A DNA stretch of 64,000 nucleotides, taken from NCBI GenBank assembly GCA_963800255.1, contig CAWDAK010000016.1:12815-76814 (forward strand), read 5' to 3'. The position numbers were made by a program, and so were the translations under genes. The notes beneath the pieces are model-generated. The model was not told the origin of the DNA and ran no database searches. It worked only from the letters and a program-made list of their open reading frames with translations. The stretch's first letter is position 1. Each line of letters starts with the position of its first letter. Of this stretch, positions 34,810-44,767 are shown in pieces. The DNA comes from an uncultured Ignavibacteria bacterium (GTDB taxonomy: Bacteria; Bacteroidota; Ignavibacteria; Ignavibacteriales; Ignavibacteriaceae).

Positions 34810-37800
34810 TTATTTAACTCCCGGTACTGCTCTTTTAACAATAATATTTTTTATATCATCGCTAGATGGAGTTTTTGATCCTGATAGGGTTAGTCCGGTC
34901 ATCTCACCGAAAAACGGCAGCATAAGGTTACCGAGGTTATTTGCGGAAGTAGTAACGTCCAGATTTATATGAAGCTCATGCTTGCCTGACCATCCTGTGG
35001 TTAAGCCTTTGCCTATTTTAGTTAAAAAATGTCTTGGGTGAAAGTTTTCAATATTGTTAACATGACTGATATAATCTGACTGGGTCGCGTCGGTTGCTGT
35101 CGGTTTTGCCGGGGGGGCGGGCGTAAATTTATAGTCCATCTGGGCCAGGTAATCTATGTTGAAAGGATCTGTCAGTTCTACTATAAGATTTTCAACCAGG
35201 AACCTTGGTGAAAAATGAACAAGCAGATTTTCAAAATGCACACCGGAAATGTCGCCCTTATAGTTAAAAATATTATTCATATTCTTAGTGACAGCATTCC
35301 TGAATGAAGCCAGTGCACTCACTATTTGCCTGTGTTTAACAGCCTCGGGGATAGAATACCTGATTTTAACAAGGACGAGCAGCAGCCCGTCACATCCTTT
35401 TCCTCCAAGAAATTCAAACCTGTAATTGTCATTACCTATTTGATAAAGGTATAAATCAAATAAACTGTGCGATCCAACAGATGCATTGGATTCAACAAAA
35501 AGAGGAAAGTGACTGAAATTTCTTTGAGGAGCGGATGGATGAGATTTAAGATTATATTTCCTGGTTGCGGTACCCCTGGTAATCTCAACATTAAAAGGAA
35601 GTCCCGTAATTTTACTTACAAACTCTGCCGAATGCCAGTAATACCTGCTGTGAATATTTGTTGTGCCTTCATACATAAGAGGCGCGTGCGACGAAGATTG
35701 TGGAATCTGTGAATAGGGGTCTCCGGGAGTATTGGTTCCGAAACCTAAAAATTGATATGAACAGGAATCTCTTGACCACCTTTCATTATATTCATCGGGC
35801 AGACTTGCACCGTGTCCGCATTCGTGTGCGGCAATGAAACTATTACTTGAATCCGGTTCTTCATTTCCTATAGAAAAATTTCCAATACCGTTATCACCGT
35901 TCATATTGGCACGCGGTATTGAAATTACGTTAATCTGGAAATGAGCCCTGTTAAATATTGATTTTTGTATGAAAAAATAAGGCTGCACTTTAATTTTTAA
36001 TTTGCTTTCGTCCTGAGGTTTTATCTCAAACGTTCCCGGATTTCCCCCGTCGGGACCATTCCATCGTTTAGGCAGATTCTCAACCATTTTTTTCTCGTAA
36101 ACAGCGGCATTGAAAGGAGTTCCATCCTTGTTTTTGGAAGGGGCTCCGGTCAGGTTGTAAAAGAACCTGAAGTATGACATCACTTTTGCAATTTCGGTTC
36201 CGTCCTTTACATCACAGCATCTTATAAGCGCTTTATCGAATCTTCCTATAAGAAAACCAAAATTATTTGGAACAGGTTTCTCAAATTCTTTGTACTGTCC
36301 TGTTGCAAGGTCCACTGACCTTGTGGGATAAATATCCTGTGAAAAGAAAGGCTGTATTGCAAAGAAACTTTTCTTTGGATCTGCATCTGACGAAAATCTT
36401 GCCGGTCTTTTGTTCATTTTGGTATTTGGTTTTACCCCCAGGCTGACAGCGTCAACCCACATAACCGCAGCCCTGGCACCTGTTGCATCGTTTCCTCCGC
36501 CCGCAGGAGTTCGTTTATCGAAAATCTCAAAAATATTTCCTTCGGCGATTACAAGTCTTGTCCAATCGGGATAATCGTTAAGATAACAACCATTCAGCAG
36601 TTTGATATCGCTAAAAGGGAATACATCTTTAGAAGAATCGGTGCCCGGGTTATATACTCCCTGGTCGGAAATAGGCTTACCTACTCCAGTCTTGGGATTT
36701 AGAAATTGATGAAAAAATACCGCGACAGCCTCTGTATTATTAATTTTATGCTGTTTCAAATCTTTTCCTGTAAGAATGATATCATCCAGCGAAAAGATTA
36801 AAGGCGTGGCCGAACTAAGACTTTTATCAAGATCGCCCTGACTGAGGGCTTCGAACAGCTTTCCATCCTGATCTTTGAACCGTGTAAAATATTTTTTAGC
36901 TGTCCATAACTCCGGGAGGTCATAAAATTTCAGCCTGTCGGGTCCGGGTACTAGTTTTGACTTATCAGAAATTTTATCCGTTTTCCTTGTTTTTGCATCC
37001 TCTGAAATTACATAAGTATCGGGTTCTAACTTAATTCTTAGGAATATTTTAGTATCCGGTTTAGGCTGATCTTTTCCGTCACTGCCTTTCTGAATGATCC
37101 AGGGGAGGCATAGAACGGTATCTTTATTTGAATCTTCTTTGATAATCCAGCTCGAGCGCGTATCTGGTTTCTCGCTGCCCGTTGAGGGTTCTTTACTGAA
37201 GCCCTCAATGAAGACCGGAGGTATGCATATTCTTAAATGCTCATGACTGCTGTGCCCGAATACCCTGTCGAAAAATTCCATCCTGATAAACTGCCACTTA
37301 GGCTCAAGCACCATTTCAACAAATCCCCCCTCTGACCCGATATTTTTTTTCTTCTCTTCAATGTTGACGAAATCAGGTTCTTTGAAATCGTCTGTTTTAC
37401 CTACTTCCCATTTTGAATTTTTCAGCGACCATTTGAGTGGAAGTTTAAATATTTTATTTCCGTTTTTCTGAAGATCGGGAACTTCAGGTTCAAATACAGA
37501 TTTAGTTTCGCCTGAATCTTTTGGTTTTGAAAAAAATATATCGTTAGCCGTTTCAAACTTGAGGGTGAAAGATTTTTTCTTTCGTTCAACAAGGAATTTT
37601 AGTTTACCGTCCTTTGAGGTTGATTCATCCTGTGTAGTACCGTCAGGAAATTCAACTGTAACAGGAAAATCACCTGGAAATGTTTTTTTATTCGCTTCGG
37701 GATCTTTATAAAATAATTGAAGGAAAACACGTGCAGCTTCCCCGCTTGGAACGGGAAGAGGTTCAGCAGGTACCGGCTTTCTTTCGAAAAGCTCTGTGCC

Positions 37801-38685
37801 GTATAAGTCGCATTTGGAGCTTATACATGTTGTCTTATTCGGATGACATTTAAGAAGCGGCTCTTCTCCTTCATCAAAGAAAAGAATTTCAACCCTCCGG
37901 TCAGCTGGATTTTCCGACTCGGTTTTAGATTTGCTTGCCGGGAAATTTTCACCGCATCCTACTTTTGGTGCCGGTGAGGGTGACGGTTTTTCAATAAACA
38001 GCAATTTCGCCTGAATTTCCCCGAGACCTTCACGGGTGATTCCCATTATAATGGCAAGCTCTTCCATATAAACATCAAAGAAAGCTCCCCATGTTTTTAT
38101 TTCAATTTTTCCTGTCTCGGGTATCTGCTCTTCGAATTCTTTGTTATAACGCACCTGGAATTTTTTCAGTGCTTCTGATGCAGCACTATCCTTTTCATTA
38201 TTTACCTCACCTGGATCGCAATCCCAGCCCCAGTTAAAAGAGATCCATTTCAGAATTTGTTTATAATCTTCAACCTGGTGCTTTTTATCAGATATGATTG
38301 CCCACTCGGTTTTCTTTCCTGCTAAAGCGGCAAAAACATTTTCAGCACGCTGCCTTGAAAGCTTTAAATTATATTCCGCACTTCCTTTTTTATCGGTATG
38401 ACCCACAACCAGTATTCGCTGGGCAAAGGATCTATCCTGACAAAGTTTGTAGCAGCTGAATAATACTCCCAATCCTGTTATACGGTTCTGTTCTGCTGTG
38501 CCCGGCTGTGGGGCCTCTTTGCCAAAATCAGGAAGCAGGACGGCGCTGTCGAAATGGAAATTAACATCTTCCATTTCGATTACAGAAAAAGACAGCTTCG
38601 TCTTAACTGTTATTGTTTGCCTGATCCCGGAAGTCAGGTCGCCTATTTTGTCTGTAGTTCTTGCATCGATTGTAATTTCTGACAT
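34810..38685 (-). CDS. Large candidate T6SS effector/accessory protein: split OmpA-like PG-binding domain plus C-terminal HExxH...DEY metallopeptidase-like region
   Basis: ILVVGHTDKKGSAEYNLKLSRQRAENVFAAL ... ADRRVEILFF is an OmpA_C-like domain with a ~130-aa insert. FIAAHECGHGASLPDEYNE is a zincin motif. No signal peptide. Lies directly after PAAR. Confidence 0.55.
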   Translation of the reverse strand: MSEITIDARTTDKIGDLTSGIRQTITVKTKLSFSVIEMEDVNFHFDSAVLLPDFGKEAPQPGTAEQNRITGLGVLFSCYKLCQDRSFAQRILVVGHTDKKGSAEYNLKLSRQRAENVFAALAGKKTEWAIISDKKHQVEDYKQILKWISFNWGWDCDPGEVNNEKDSAASEALKKFQVRYNKEFEEQIPETGKIEIKTWGAFFDVYMEELAIIMGITREGLGEIQAKLLFIEKPSPSPAPKVGCGENFPASKSKTESENPADRRVEILFFDEGEEPLLKCHPNKTTCISSKCDLYGTELFERKPVPAEPLPVPSGEAARVFLQLFYKDPEANKKTFPGDFPVTVEFPDGTTQDESTSKDGKLKFLVERKKKSFTLKFETANDIFFSKPKDSGETKSVFEPEVPDLQKNGNKIFKLPLKWSLKNSKWEVGKTDDFKEPDFVNIEEKKKNIGSEGGFVEMVLEPKWQFIRMEFFDRVFGHSSHEHLRICIPPVFIEGFSKEPSTGSEKPDTRSSWIIKEDSNKDTVLCLPWIIQKGSDGKDQPKPDTKIFLRIKLEPDTYVISEDAKTRKTDKISDKSKLVPGPDRLKFYDLPELWTAKKYFTRFKDQDGKLFEALSQGDLDKSLSSATPLIFSLDDIILTGKDLKQHKINNTEAVAVFFHQFLNPKTGVGKPISDQGVYNPGTDSSKDVFPFSDIKLLNGCYLNDYPDWTRLVIAEGNIFEIFDKRTPAGGGNDATGARAAVMWVDAVSLGVKPNTKMNKRPARFSSDADPKKSFFAIQPFFSQDIYPTRSVDLATGQYKEFEKPVPNNFGFLIGRFDKALIRCCDVKDGTEIAKVMSYFRFFYNLTGAPSKNKDGTPFNAAVYEKKMVENLPKRWNGPDGGNPGTFEIKPQDESKLKIKVQPYFFIQKSIFNRAHFQINVISIPRANMNGDNGIGNFSIGNEEPDSSNSFIAAHECGHGASLPDEYNERWSRDSCSYQFLGFGTNTPGDPYSQIPQSSSHAPLMYEGTTNIHSRYYWHSAEFVSKITGLPFNVEITRGTATRKYNLKSHPSAPQRNFSHFPLFVESNASVGSHSLFDLYLYQIGNDNYRFEFLGGKGCDGLLLVLVKIRYSIPEAVKHRQIVSALASFRNAVTKNMNNIFNYKGDISGVHFENLLVHFSPRFLVENLIVELTDPFNIDYLAQMDYKFTPAPPAKPTATDATQSDYISHVNNIENFHPRHFLTKIGKGLTTGWSGKHELHINLDVTTSANNLGNLMLPFFGEMTGLTLSGSKTPSSDDIKNIIVKRAVPGVK

Positions 38686-38693
38686 ACTTAAGA

Positions 38694-39767
38694 CTAATCC
38701 TGCTTAAATCTTGAAAGTTTGGGGAATGTAATGCTGTATTTGCCTTTAGGAACTTTCTCCTCCTTTTTATAACCGTTTCCGTCCAGCTTACCCTTTCTTA
38801 TTTCACCGCTTGCCAGGTAAAAAATGTATTCCTCATTCGCAACCGGCTTCCCATCCTGATCTTTTAATTCAATTTCAATATAATCTTCTATGAACAGAGT
38901 GCCGGAGCGTGCAGTAATTGCCGGTTTAGAAAGTGCTGTGAAATAGTAATCTGAGCTCGAGTAACCGTTTCCATCGGATGTCCCTGAAGGAACTTCCCAT
39001 TCGGCTTTTGCCTTACTGCCGCTTACTTTTGCTTCAAAGCTTGCAACCTGTGAATCTGCTTTCTTAATGTCACGTTCCCATACAAAGAAGTTAATTTTTT
39101 CACCATCATCTATTCCTTCAGTTTCAACACTAAGTTCTACTTTATCACCTGGTTTTACCAGCTCCTTAGACCACCCGGCTTTGTATATCTTTTTCAGAAT
39201 TAAACTTGCCTCTCCATCCTTTAGTGCGTCTCTTGTAATTCTTCCGTCGGTCTTTACTTTGCTGTATGAATCCTTCTTATCTGTATCTGTTAATTTATAA
39301 TCTACCCCGCTTACGGTATTTCCGGCTTTATCTACAAGTTTAAATTCTATCCAGTTCTTTTCTTTGGTAGAGGCCTCAGGACTCCCGGCTACGGCACTCT
39401 TCGCACTAGCCTTCGCTGCCGCTGATCCTGATGAACCCGCCCCGCCGCCGCTTCCGCTTCCTGCCCCTGCCATTCCTATCATCACGGTCGTACCCCCTTT
39501 TATTATTGAATCCGGTGGTCCAACGCACGTAGCCATATCACCCATCCTTGCTGCCGGCATTCCTCCGATCAGAACGGTTGGACTTCCGGGAGGCATGATG
39601 GGTCCACCCACATGAGGAATTGGCGGAACGCCCGGGGTTACCATGGGACAAACGTGCATGTCCCCAACTCTCGCTGCCGGCATATTTTCTATAAGTACGG
39701 TAGGACATCCCACTACAATGGCGCCGCCATGCGCGCAGGTATCTCCTAATCTTGCTGCAAAGCTCAT
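38694..39767 (-). CDS. PAAR-domain spike-tip protein with a ~230-aa C-terminal extension
   Basis: GDTCAHGG..VVGCPTVLIENMPAARVGDMHVCP....GPIMPPGSPTVLIGGMPAARMGDMATC..P..IIKGGTTVMIG, followed by a Gly/Ser/Ala linker and Ig-like modules. Confidence 0.85.
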   Translation of the reverse strand: MSFAARLGDTCAHGGAIVVGCPTVLIENMPAARVGDMHVCPMVTPGVPPIPHVGGPIMPPGSPTVLIGGMPAARMGDMATCVGPPDSIIKGGTTVMIGMAGAGSGSGGGAGSSGSAAAKASAKSAVAGSPEASTKEKNWIEFKLVDKAGNTVSGVDYKLTDTDKKDSYSKVKTDGRITRDALKDGEASLILKKIYKAGWSKELVKPGDKVELSVETEGIDDGEKINFFVWERDIKKADSQVASFEAKVSGSKAKAEWEVPSGTSDGNGYSSSDYYFTALSKPAITARSGTLFIEDYIEIELKDQDGKPVANEEYIFYLASGEIRKGKLDGNGYKKEEKVPKGKYSITFPKLSRFKQD

Positions 39768-39786
39768 TATTAAATTTCCTTATTCG

Positions 39787-41922
39787 TCAATTTATCTTTA
39801 CCATCGCTCCTTTAATTGTATTTATTCCGGAAGCTTCAACATTTGCCATAGTCCCTTTCACCTTAACAGCTACTCCGGCTTCCACTGTTGTATTCAATCC
39901 TTTTAGCTTATATTCTGCAGATGCTTCTGATGTAACATTCATCCCTTTTTGCTTCAGGTCGCTTTTTGCTTCTGAATTTATATTCGTTGCATTAATTTTA
40001 TAGTCTGTTTTCGCTTCGGATTTTATATTCGCCGCCTTAACTTCTGTGTCTCCCTCGGTTTCCAATTTGAAGGTTTTCGATTTGATGTTAATCTCGCCTT
40101 CAGGAGCCTGTATATCAATGCTTCCTTCTTTTGACTCTATAAGGAGCTTGTTGTTTTTTATGTCTATAATAAAATTATTGTTCTTTGGTTTATCTGACAT
40201 CTGAATTTTTTCAGCCCCGTCTGTATCATCTATCAGAAGAAAATGTCCGTTTTTGCTTGTTACAACAATTTTTGTGTTTTTGTCATCCAGCAGGATGGTG
40301 TGTCCGTCTTTCGTTGTAATGGTGATATTCTGGTTCTTATCATCCATCGTGATTTTATGTTTATCCTTTGACGTCACCTCGATTTTATCATCTTTATCAT
40401 CCATCAGAATTTTATGCGAATCAGAAGTAGTAAAAGAGATTTGTGTTTCTTTAGATTTGTCGTCAATAAGTATTTCATTACCTGCGGCTGTCCTGATAAT
40501 GTTGTGAGTTTTATTGTTTGATACAACCGGTGAAGCCTGTGAGGGATTCGGCACTGTTCCAATACCTACCGGTCTGTCTACATTCCCGTCAACGCACGCC
40601 CATAAAAGTTCCGCATCCTTGTGGTTCGGGAAGTGCATTCCGTAGCCTGATCCTGAATAACTTTGTGTTAACCTTATCGGCAGGGATGCTTCTCCGTTTG
40701 ATTTGTCGCTCAGATCAAACAGCATCTTGGCTTTATATCTGCCATGTTCGTCCAGGTATGCATATTCGTCACCGGCACCTGATTCCAGTTTGCCGCTCAT
40801 GATTCCTGAGATTTTTGGAACGGGAGTTTTCCTTGCAGGCCTGAAATCAATATCAAATGGTATTGCTTCAAAACGGCATTCATATATCGCATCGGGAGCC
40901 CCGAATTGGTCGGGAATTATGTACAGTCCCTTTTGAGAACCATAGCGGATAACCTTGGTGATGATATATTCTTCGTTCCAGCTCTCACGGAAATGATTGC
41001 TCATTTTAAAACGATAGCCGGGAGTAAATAATCTGCTGTCTGTCTTGCCGGTAAATATCTGGCTTTGTGCGATGAATTCCTGGTTCCTTACTTTTGCTAG
41101 AAATGAACCTGCTTTTTCATCCTCAAAATTGTCTCCGTAATCATAGTAGGTTCCCGGTGAATCAGAATTAATTTTACTTTCTGCCATTAATTGTTTTTCA
41201 GGAAATAGATAGTTGTAGTCTTTAAGCTGAACTTTTCCTGTAACTACCTTTTCACTTGAGGTGAGTTCGAGGATAGTTTCAATATTGGCCGAAGGTTCCT
41301 GTTCCTGGTTATAAATTATATCTTCGGCCATGTCTGCTTTAGGCAAATTGCTGTTATCATCAGTGAAACACACTACCTCTTTATCACCGCTCTGATCGAA
41401 ATAATAATAAATGCCGAAATGTTCCAGCCGCCTGTTCAGAAAGTTAAAGTCGGTTTCTCTGTATTGAACAGCAAACTCGCTTACGGGATAATTGTTTTTC
41501 AAATCAATTTTGTAGTCGCTGCTGGATAGCCCGTTATTCTCAAGAGCGGCTTTTATCAGATCACTAATCCCGACGTTCTGGTAAACTTCATTCCTGAAAG
41601 TAAGTCCGGAATTCCACAGCCGGGGTACAAGCACAACCTTGTAGAAGTAATGGTACTTTGAGTGTCCGAATTGCTGGAATTGTGAAATAATTCCGTGGAC
41701 GGTTGTCGTGCTTTTATCAGATCTGATTAGAGTAAAGGTAGCTGCCTTATTAAGGATTTTCGATGAATCAATATTAGGATCATCAATCGCTAAATATATC
41801 CGGTATTCGTATAACCCCGAAATCTCCTCCTGGCCTTCATATGACATAACCCCGAAATTGGCATCTTCCAGTAAGGTGAATTTAATATTGTAATACGGTT
41901 GATTGGACATTTGATCCGACAT
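39787..41922 (-). CDS. vgrG: T6SS spike protein VgrG (TssI)
   Basis: gp27-like N-terminal part, SGSGYGMHFPNHKDAELLWACVDGNVDRPVGIG (gp5 OB-fold block), then a long beta-helix of repeated ..I.M.DK...I.. units. Confidence 0.9.
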   Translation of the reverse strand: MSDQMSNQPYYNIKFTLLEDANFGVMSYEGQEEISGLYEYRIYLAIDDPNIDSSKILNKAATFTLIRSDKSTTTVHGIISQFQQFGHSKYHYFYKVVLVPRLWNSGLTFRNEVYQNVGISDLIKAALENNGLSSSDYKIDLKNNYPVSEFAVQYRETDFNFLNRRLEHFGIYYYFDQSGDKEVVCFTDDNSNLPKADMAEDIIYNQEQEPSANIETILELTSSEKVVTGKVQLKDYNYLFPEKQLMAESKINSDSPGTYYDYGDNFEDEKAGSFLAKVRNQEFIAQSQIFTGKTDSRLFTPGYRFKMSNHFRESWNEEYIITKVIRYGSQKGLYIIPDQFGAPDAIYECRFEAIPFDIDFRPARKTPVPKISGIMSGKLESGAGDEYAYLDEHGRYKAKMLFDLSDKSNGEASLPIRLTQSYSGSGYGMHFPNHKDAELLWACVDGNVDRPVGIGTVPNPSQASPVVSNNKTHNIIRTAAGNEILIDDKSKETQISFTTSDSHKILMDDKDDKIEVTSKDKHKITMDDKNQNITITTKDGHTILLDDKNTKIVVTSKNGHFLLIDDTDGAEKIQMSDKPKNNNFIIDIKNNKLLIESKEGSIDIQAPEGEINIKSKTFKLETEGDTEVKAANIKSEAKTDYKINATNINSEAKSDLKQKGMNVTSEASAEYKLKGLNTTVEAGVAVKVKGTMANVEASGINTIKGAMVKIN

Positions 41923-42099
41923 TGGGGTACCTTTTTCAGTTTACAATTAAAAATTAGCAATTATCAATTAACGAAATGAATGGCTTCGCAGTCGTTTAGC
42001 GGCTGATTAAACGGAGAGAATCACGAAATAATAACTGGCTGTATATTCCGGATAATCAGCTTTAAGGATCAGGCCGGTATCTGACCAGGACTGATGTTC

Positions 42100-44724
42100 C
42101 TATACAAACTTGTACTTATATGAACCGTCTTTGGCCTTTGTTACTGTAACTTTCTCAGGACTTTTACCTTCAGCCATAAAACCCAGTAACTGTGAGGATA
42201 TTTCCGGAGCCAGTTTTTTATCTACAATTGCATCTATGTTCCTCGCTCCTGTTTCAGCTCTTGTACAGGAATCAACAATGTCGTCAATTACAGCTTTGTG
42301 GAATTCCACCGTCAGGTTCTGGTTCTGCTGCAGTTTCTTCTTAATCTTCCCGAGTTTCATTTCTACAATGGGTTTAAGCACTTCCTTACTTAGAGGCAGA
42401 AAGACTATCGGCTTTAACCTCCCTAAAAATTCCGGCCTGAAATACTGGTTCATATAAGGTCGAAGTTCTTCAAGCAGGTCTTCAGGGTTTGTCATCCCCT
42501 CATTGTATTTTTCAAAAAGCACTTCCGATGCAAGGTTCGAAGTCATAAATATAGTAGTGTTTGAGAAATCGATATTTCTCCTGTCAGCGTCCTGCAGCAT
42601 ACCTCTGTCAAACACCTGCATAAATAAATCAGTAACTGAACTATTTGCTTTTTCAATTTCATCCAGAAGTACAACACAATAAGGCCGGCGTCTGACGGGT
42701 TCACTCAATGATCCTCCTTCTCCGTAGCCTACCAGTCCGGGGTCTGCGCCTATCAGCCTCGATGTATTATACTCATTCTGGTATTCAGTCATATTAAGTG
42801 TAACCATAAATCTCTCGTCACCGAATAATACCTCTGCCGTTGCCCGTGCCAGCTCAGTTTTACCTACACCGCTGGGACCAACTAAAAGAAAAACACCGTT
42901 TGGTCCTTCTTCTTTTTTAATGCCTACTTTTGCCCCCCTTATTACATCAGCAATCTGCTTTACAGCATGGTCCTGTCCAACAACTCTTTTTTTCAATTCC
43001 GTCTCAAGCTGAAGCAAGGTAGTCATATCATCGCGTGTCATATTACCAACTTTTATACCTGTCCATGCTTCAATAACTTCGGCAACCGTGTTCGCTGTAA
43101 CTTCGGCAAAAACCTGCGGTGCGGGATCCTGTAATGCGATTAGTTCTTTTCTGATCTTTGAAATCTCTTCTGCTATAACAGGGTCTTCTTTGCTTGTCCC
43201 GTTCCCGTTACCCGCAAATTTTTTCATTCTCAGTTCCATCAGCTTCCTTATCAGCTCGCTCTCCTTTGTCCATTTGTCTTCATTAGTTTTTATGTCCAGC
43301 TCCAATTTTATCTTTTGATCCTTCAAGCCTTTCAGTATTCCCTGGTCAATTACAACATCCATGTCCGAATCTTTCTGTTGGGTGTTGATTGCCATGTCAA
43401 CCGACTTTAGCCTGCTGATCATTATTTCAAGCTTTGCCGGCTTGCTTGTAAGCGACATCTTAACTCTAGTTGCAGCCGTGTCAAGCAGATCTACAGCTTT
43501 GTCGGGCAGCTGACGTCCGGCTATATACCTCCTCGACAGTTTTACAGCTGCTTCAAGGGCTCCATCGGTAATATGTATTCCATGGTACGCTTCATATTTT
43601 GTCTTAATTCCGCGCAGCATTAAAATAGCCTTTTCATCATCAGGCTCGCCAACATGTATTGGCTGGAACCTTCTCTCAAGAGCCGCATCTTTCGCAAAGT
43701 ATTTATTGTATTCAAGATACGTGGTCGCTGCTATAGCCCTGAATGAACCTCTTGCAAGCGCAGGTTTAAGAAGGTTGGCTGCATCTCCGCCTCCCGCAGA
43801 TGCACCGGCCCCTATAAGAGTATGTGCCTCGTCAATAAACAGAATTGCCGGTACAGGTGAATTCGTCACCTCATTTATAACAGCTTTTAGTCGTTTTTCA
43901 AATTCACCCCGCATTTTGGTTCCTGCCTGCAATGAACCCATATCCAGGGAATAGATCTGGTTGTTTTTTAAAATATCAGGTACCTCATCCGCAGCAATTT
44001 TTATAGCAAGTCCTTCAACCAGGGCGGTCTTTCCTACTCCAGGTTCGCCGAGCAGTATAGGGTTTGATTTTTTCCTTCTGCACAATACTTCAATCACCTG
44101 GATAATTTCTTCGTCCCTTCCGAGGATCGGGTCTATCTTTCCGTCCTTTGCCTGGGTTACCAGGTTGGTGGTATATATGTCAAGCACCGTTCCGTCAGCA
44201 GGGATTGATTTGGCTTCCTCCTGCGACAACATTTCAGAAGAAACTGATTCATCTTCTACCGACCCTTTAACAATATTATAGAACTCTGTCCGGAGGTCCT
44301 CCTGTTTAACGGGGGCCAGTATATCCATCAACCTTGTGCTTATTATCTGCTCGGAGGCTATAAAGACTTCAAAAAAAGCACCTGACCTGATCCTTGTTTC
44401 GTGATGATGTACTGAACTTGTAATCCAGGCCTGTTCAAGTAATTCAGTCAGCAAAGGCGAGAGCTTAGGTTTTCCGCTGTTTCCTTTTTCCATTTCATCC
44501 AGGTTTTTCAGGCATCTAGCCTGAACATCACCGGCGTCAACAGCATAGTGTTTCAGTATAAGTGGAATATCTCCCTGGCCGTCTTCAATAAATGAATTCA
44601 GCAGATGATCAAATGTAATTTCATAATGCCCACGGTTTATGCCCAGTCCTGTTGCTGTGTCCAGGTTCCTTACCAGGTAGTTATTCAGTTTTAAAAGAAG
44701 TGATTTGAGATCCTTACTTTGCAT
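42100..44724 (-). CDS. clpV: T6SS AAA+ ATPase ClpV (TssH)
   Basis: Two Walker A sites, GEPGVGKTALVEGLA and GPSGVGKTELARATA. Clp N-domain. 874 aa. Confidence 0.9.
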   Translation of the reverse strand: MQSKDLKSLLLKLNNYLVRNLDTATGLGINRGHYEITFDHLLNSFIEDGQGDIPLILKHYAVDAGDVQARCLKNLDEMEKGNSGKPKLSPLLTELLEQAWITSSVHHHETRIRSGAFFEVFIASEQIISTRLMDILAPVKQEDLRTEFYNIVKGSVEDESVSSEMLSQEEAKSIPADGTVLDIYTTNLVTQAKDGKIDPILGRDEEIIQVIEVLCRRKKSNPILLGEPGVGKTALVEGLAIKIAADEVPDILKNNQIYSLDMGSLQAGTKMRGEFEKRLKAVINEVTNSPVPAILFIDEAHTLIGAGASAGGGDAANLLKPALARGSFRAIAATTYLEYNKYFAKDAALERRFQPIHVGEPDDEKAILMLRGIKTKYEAYHGIHITDGALEAAVKLSRRYIAGRQLPDKAVDLLDTAATRVKMSLTSKPAKLEIMISRLKSVDMAINTQQKDSDMDVVIDQGILKGLKDQKIKLELDIKTNEDKWTKESELIRKLMELRMKKFAGNGNGTSKEDPVIAEEISKIRKELIALQDPAPQVFAEVTANTVAEVIEAWTGIKVGNMTRDDMTTLLQLETELKKRVVGQDHAVKQIADVIRGAKVGIKKEEGPNGVFLLVGPSGVGKTELARATAEVLFGDERFMVTLNMTEYQNEYNTSRLIGADPGLVGYGEGGSLSEPVRRRPYCVVLLDEIEKANSSVTDLFMQVFDRGMLQDADRRNIDFSNTTIFMTSNLASEVLFEKYNEGMTNPEDLLEELRPYMNQYFRPEFLGRLKPIVFLPLSKEVLKPIVEMKLGKIKKKLQQNQNLTVEFHKAVIDDIVDSCTRAETGARNIDAIVDKKLAPEISSQLLGFMAEGKSPEKVTVTKAKDGSYKYKFV

Positions 44725-44767
44725 GTAATTCTCCAGTTATATTATTAAAAATTCGGGTATATAAAAC

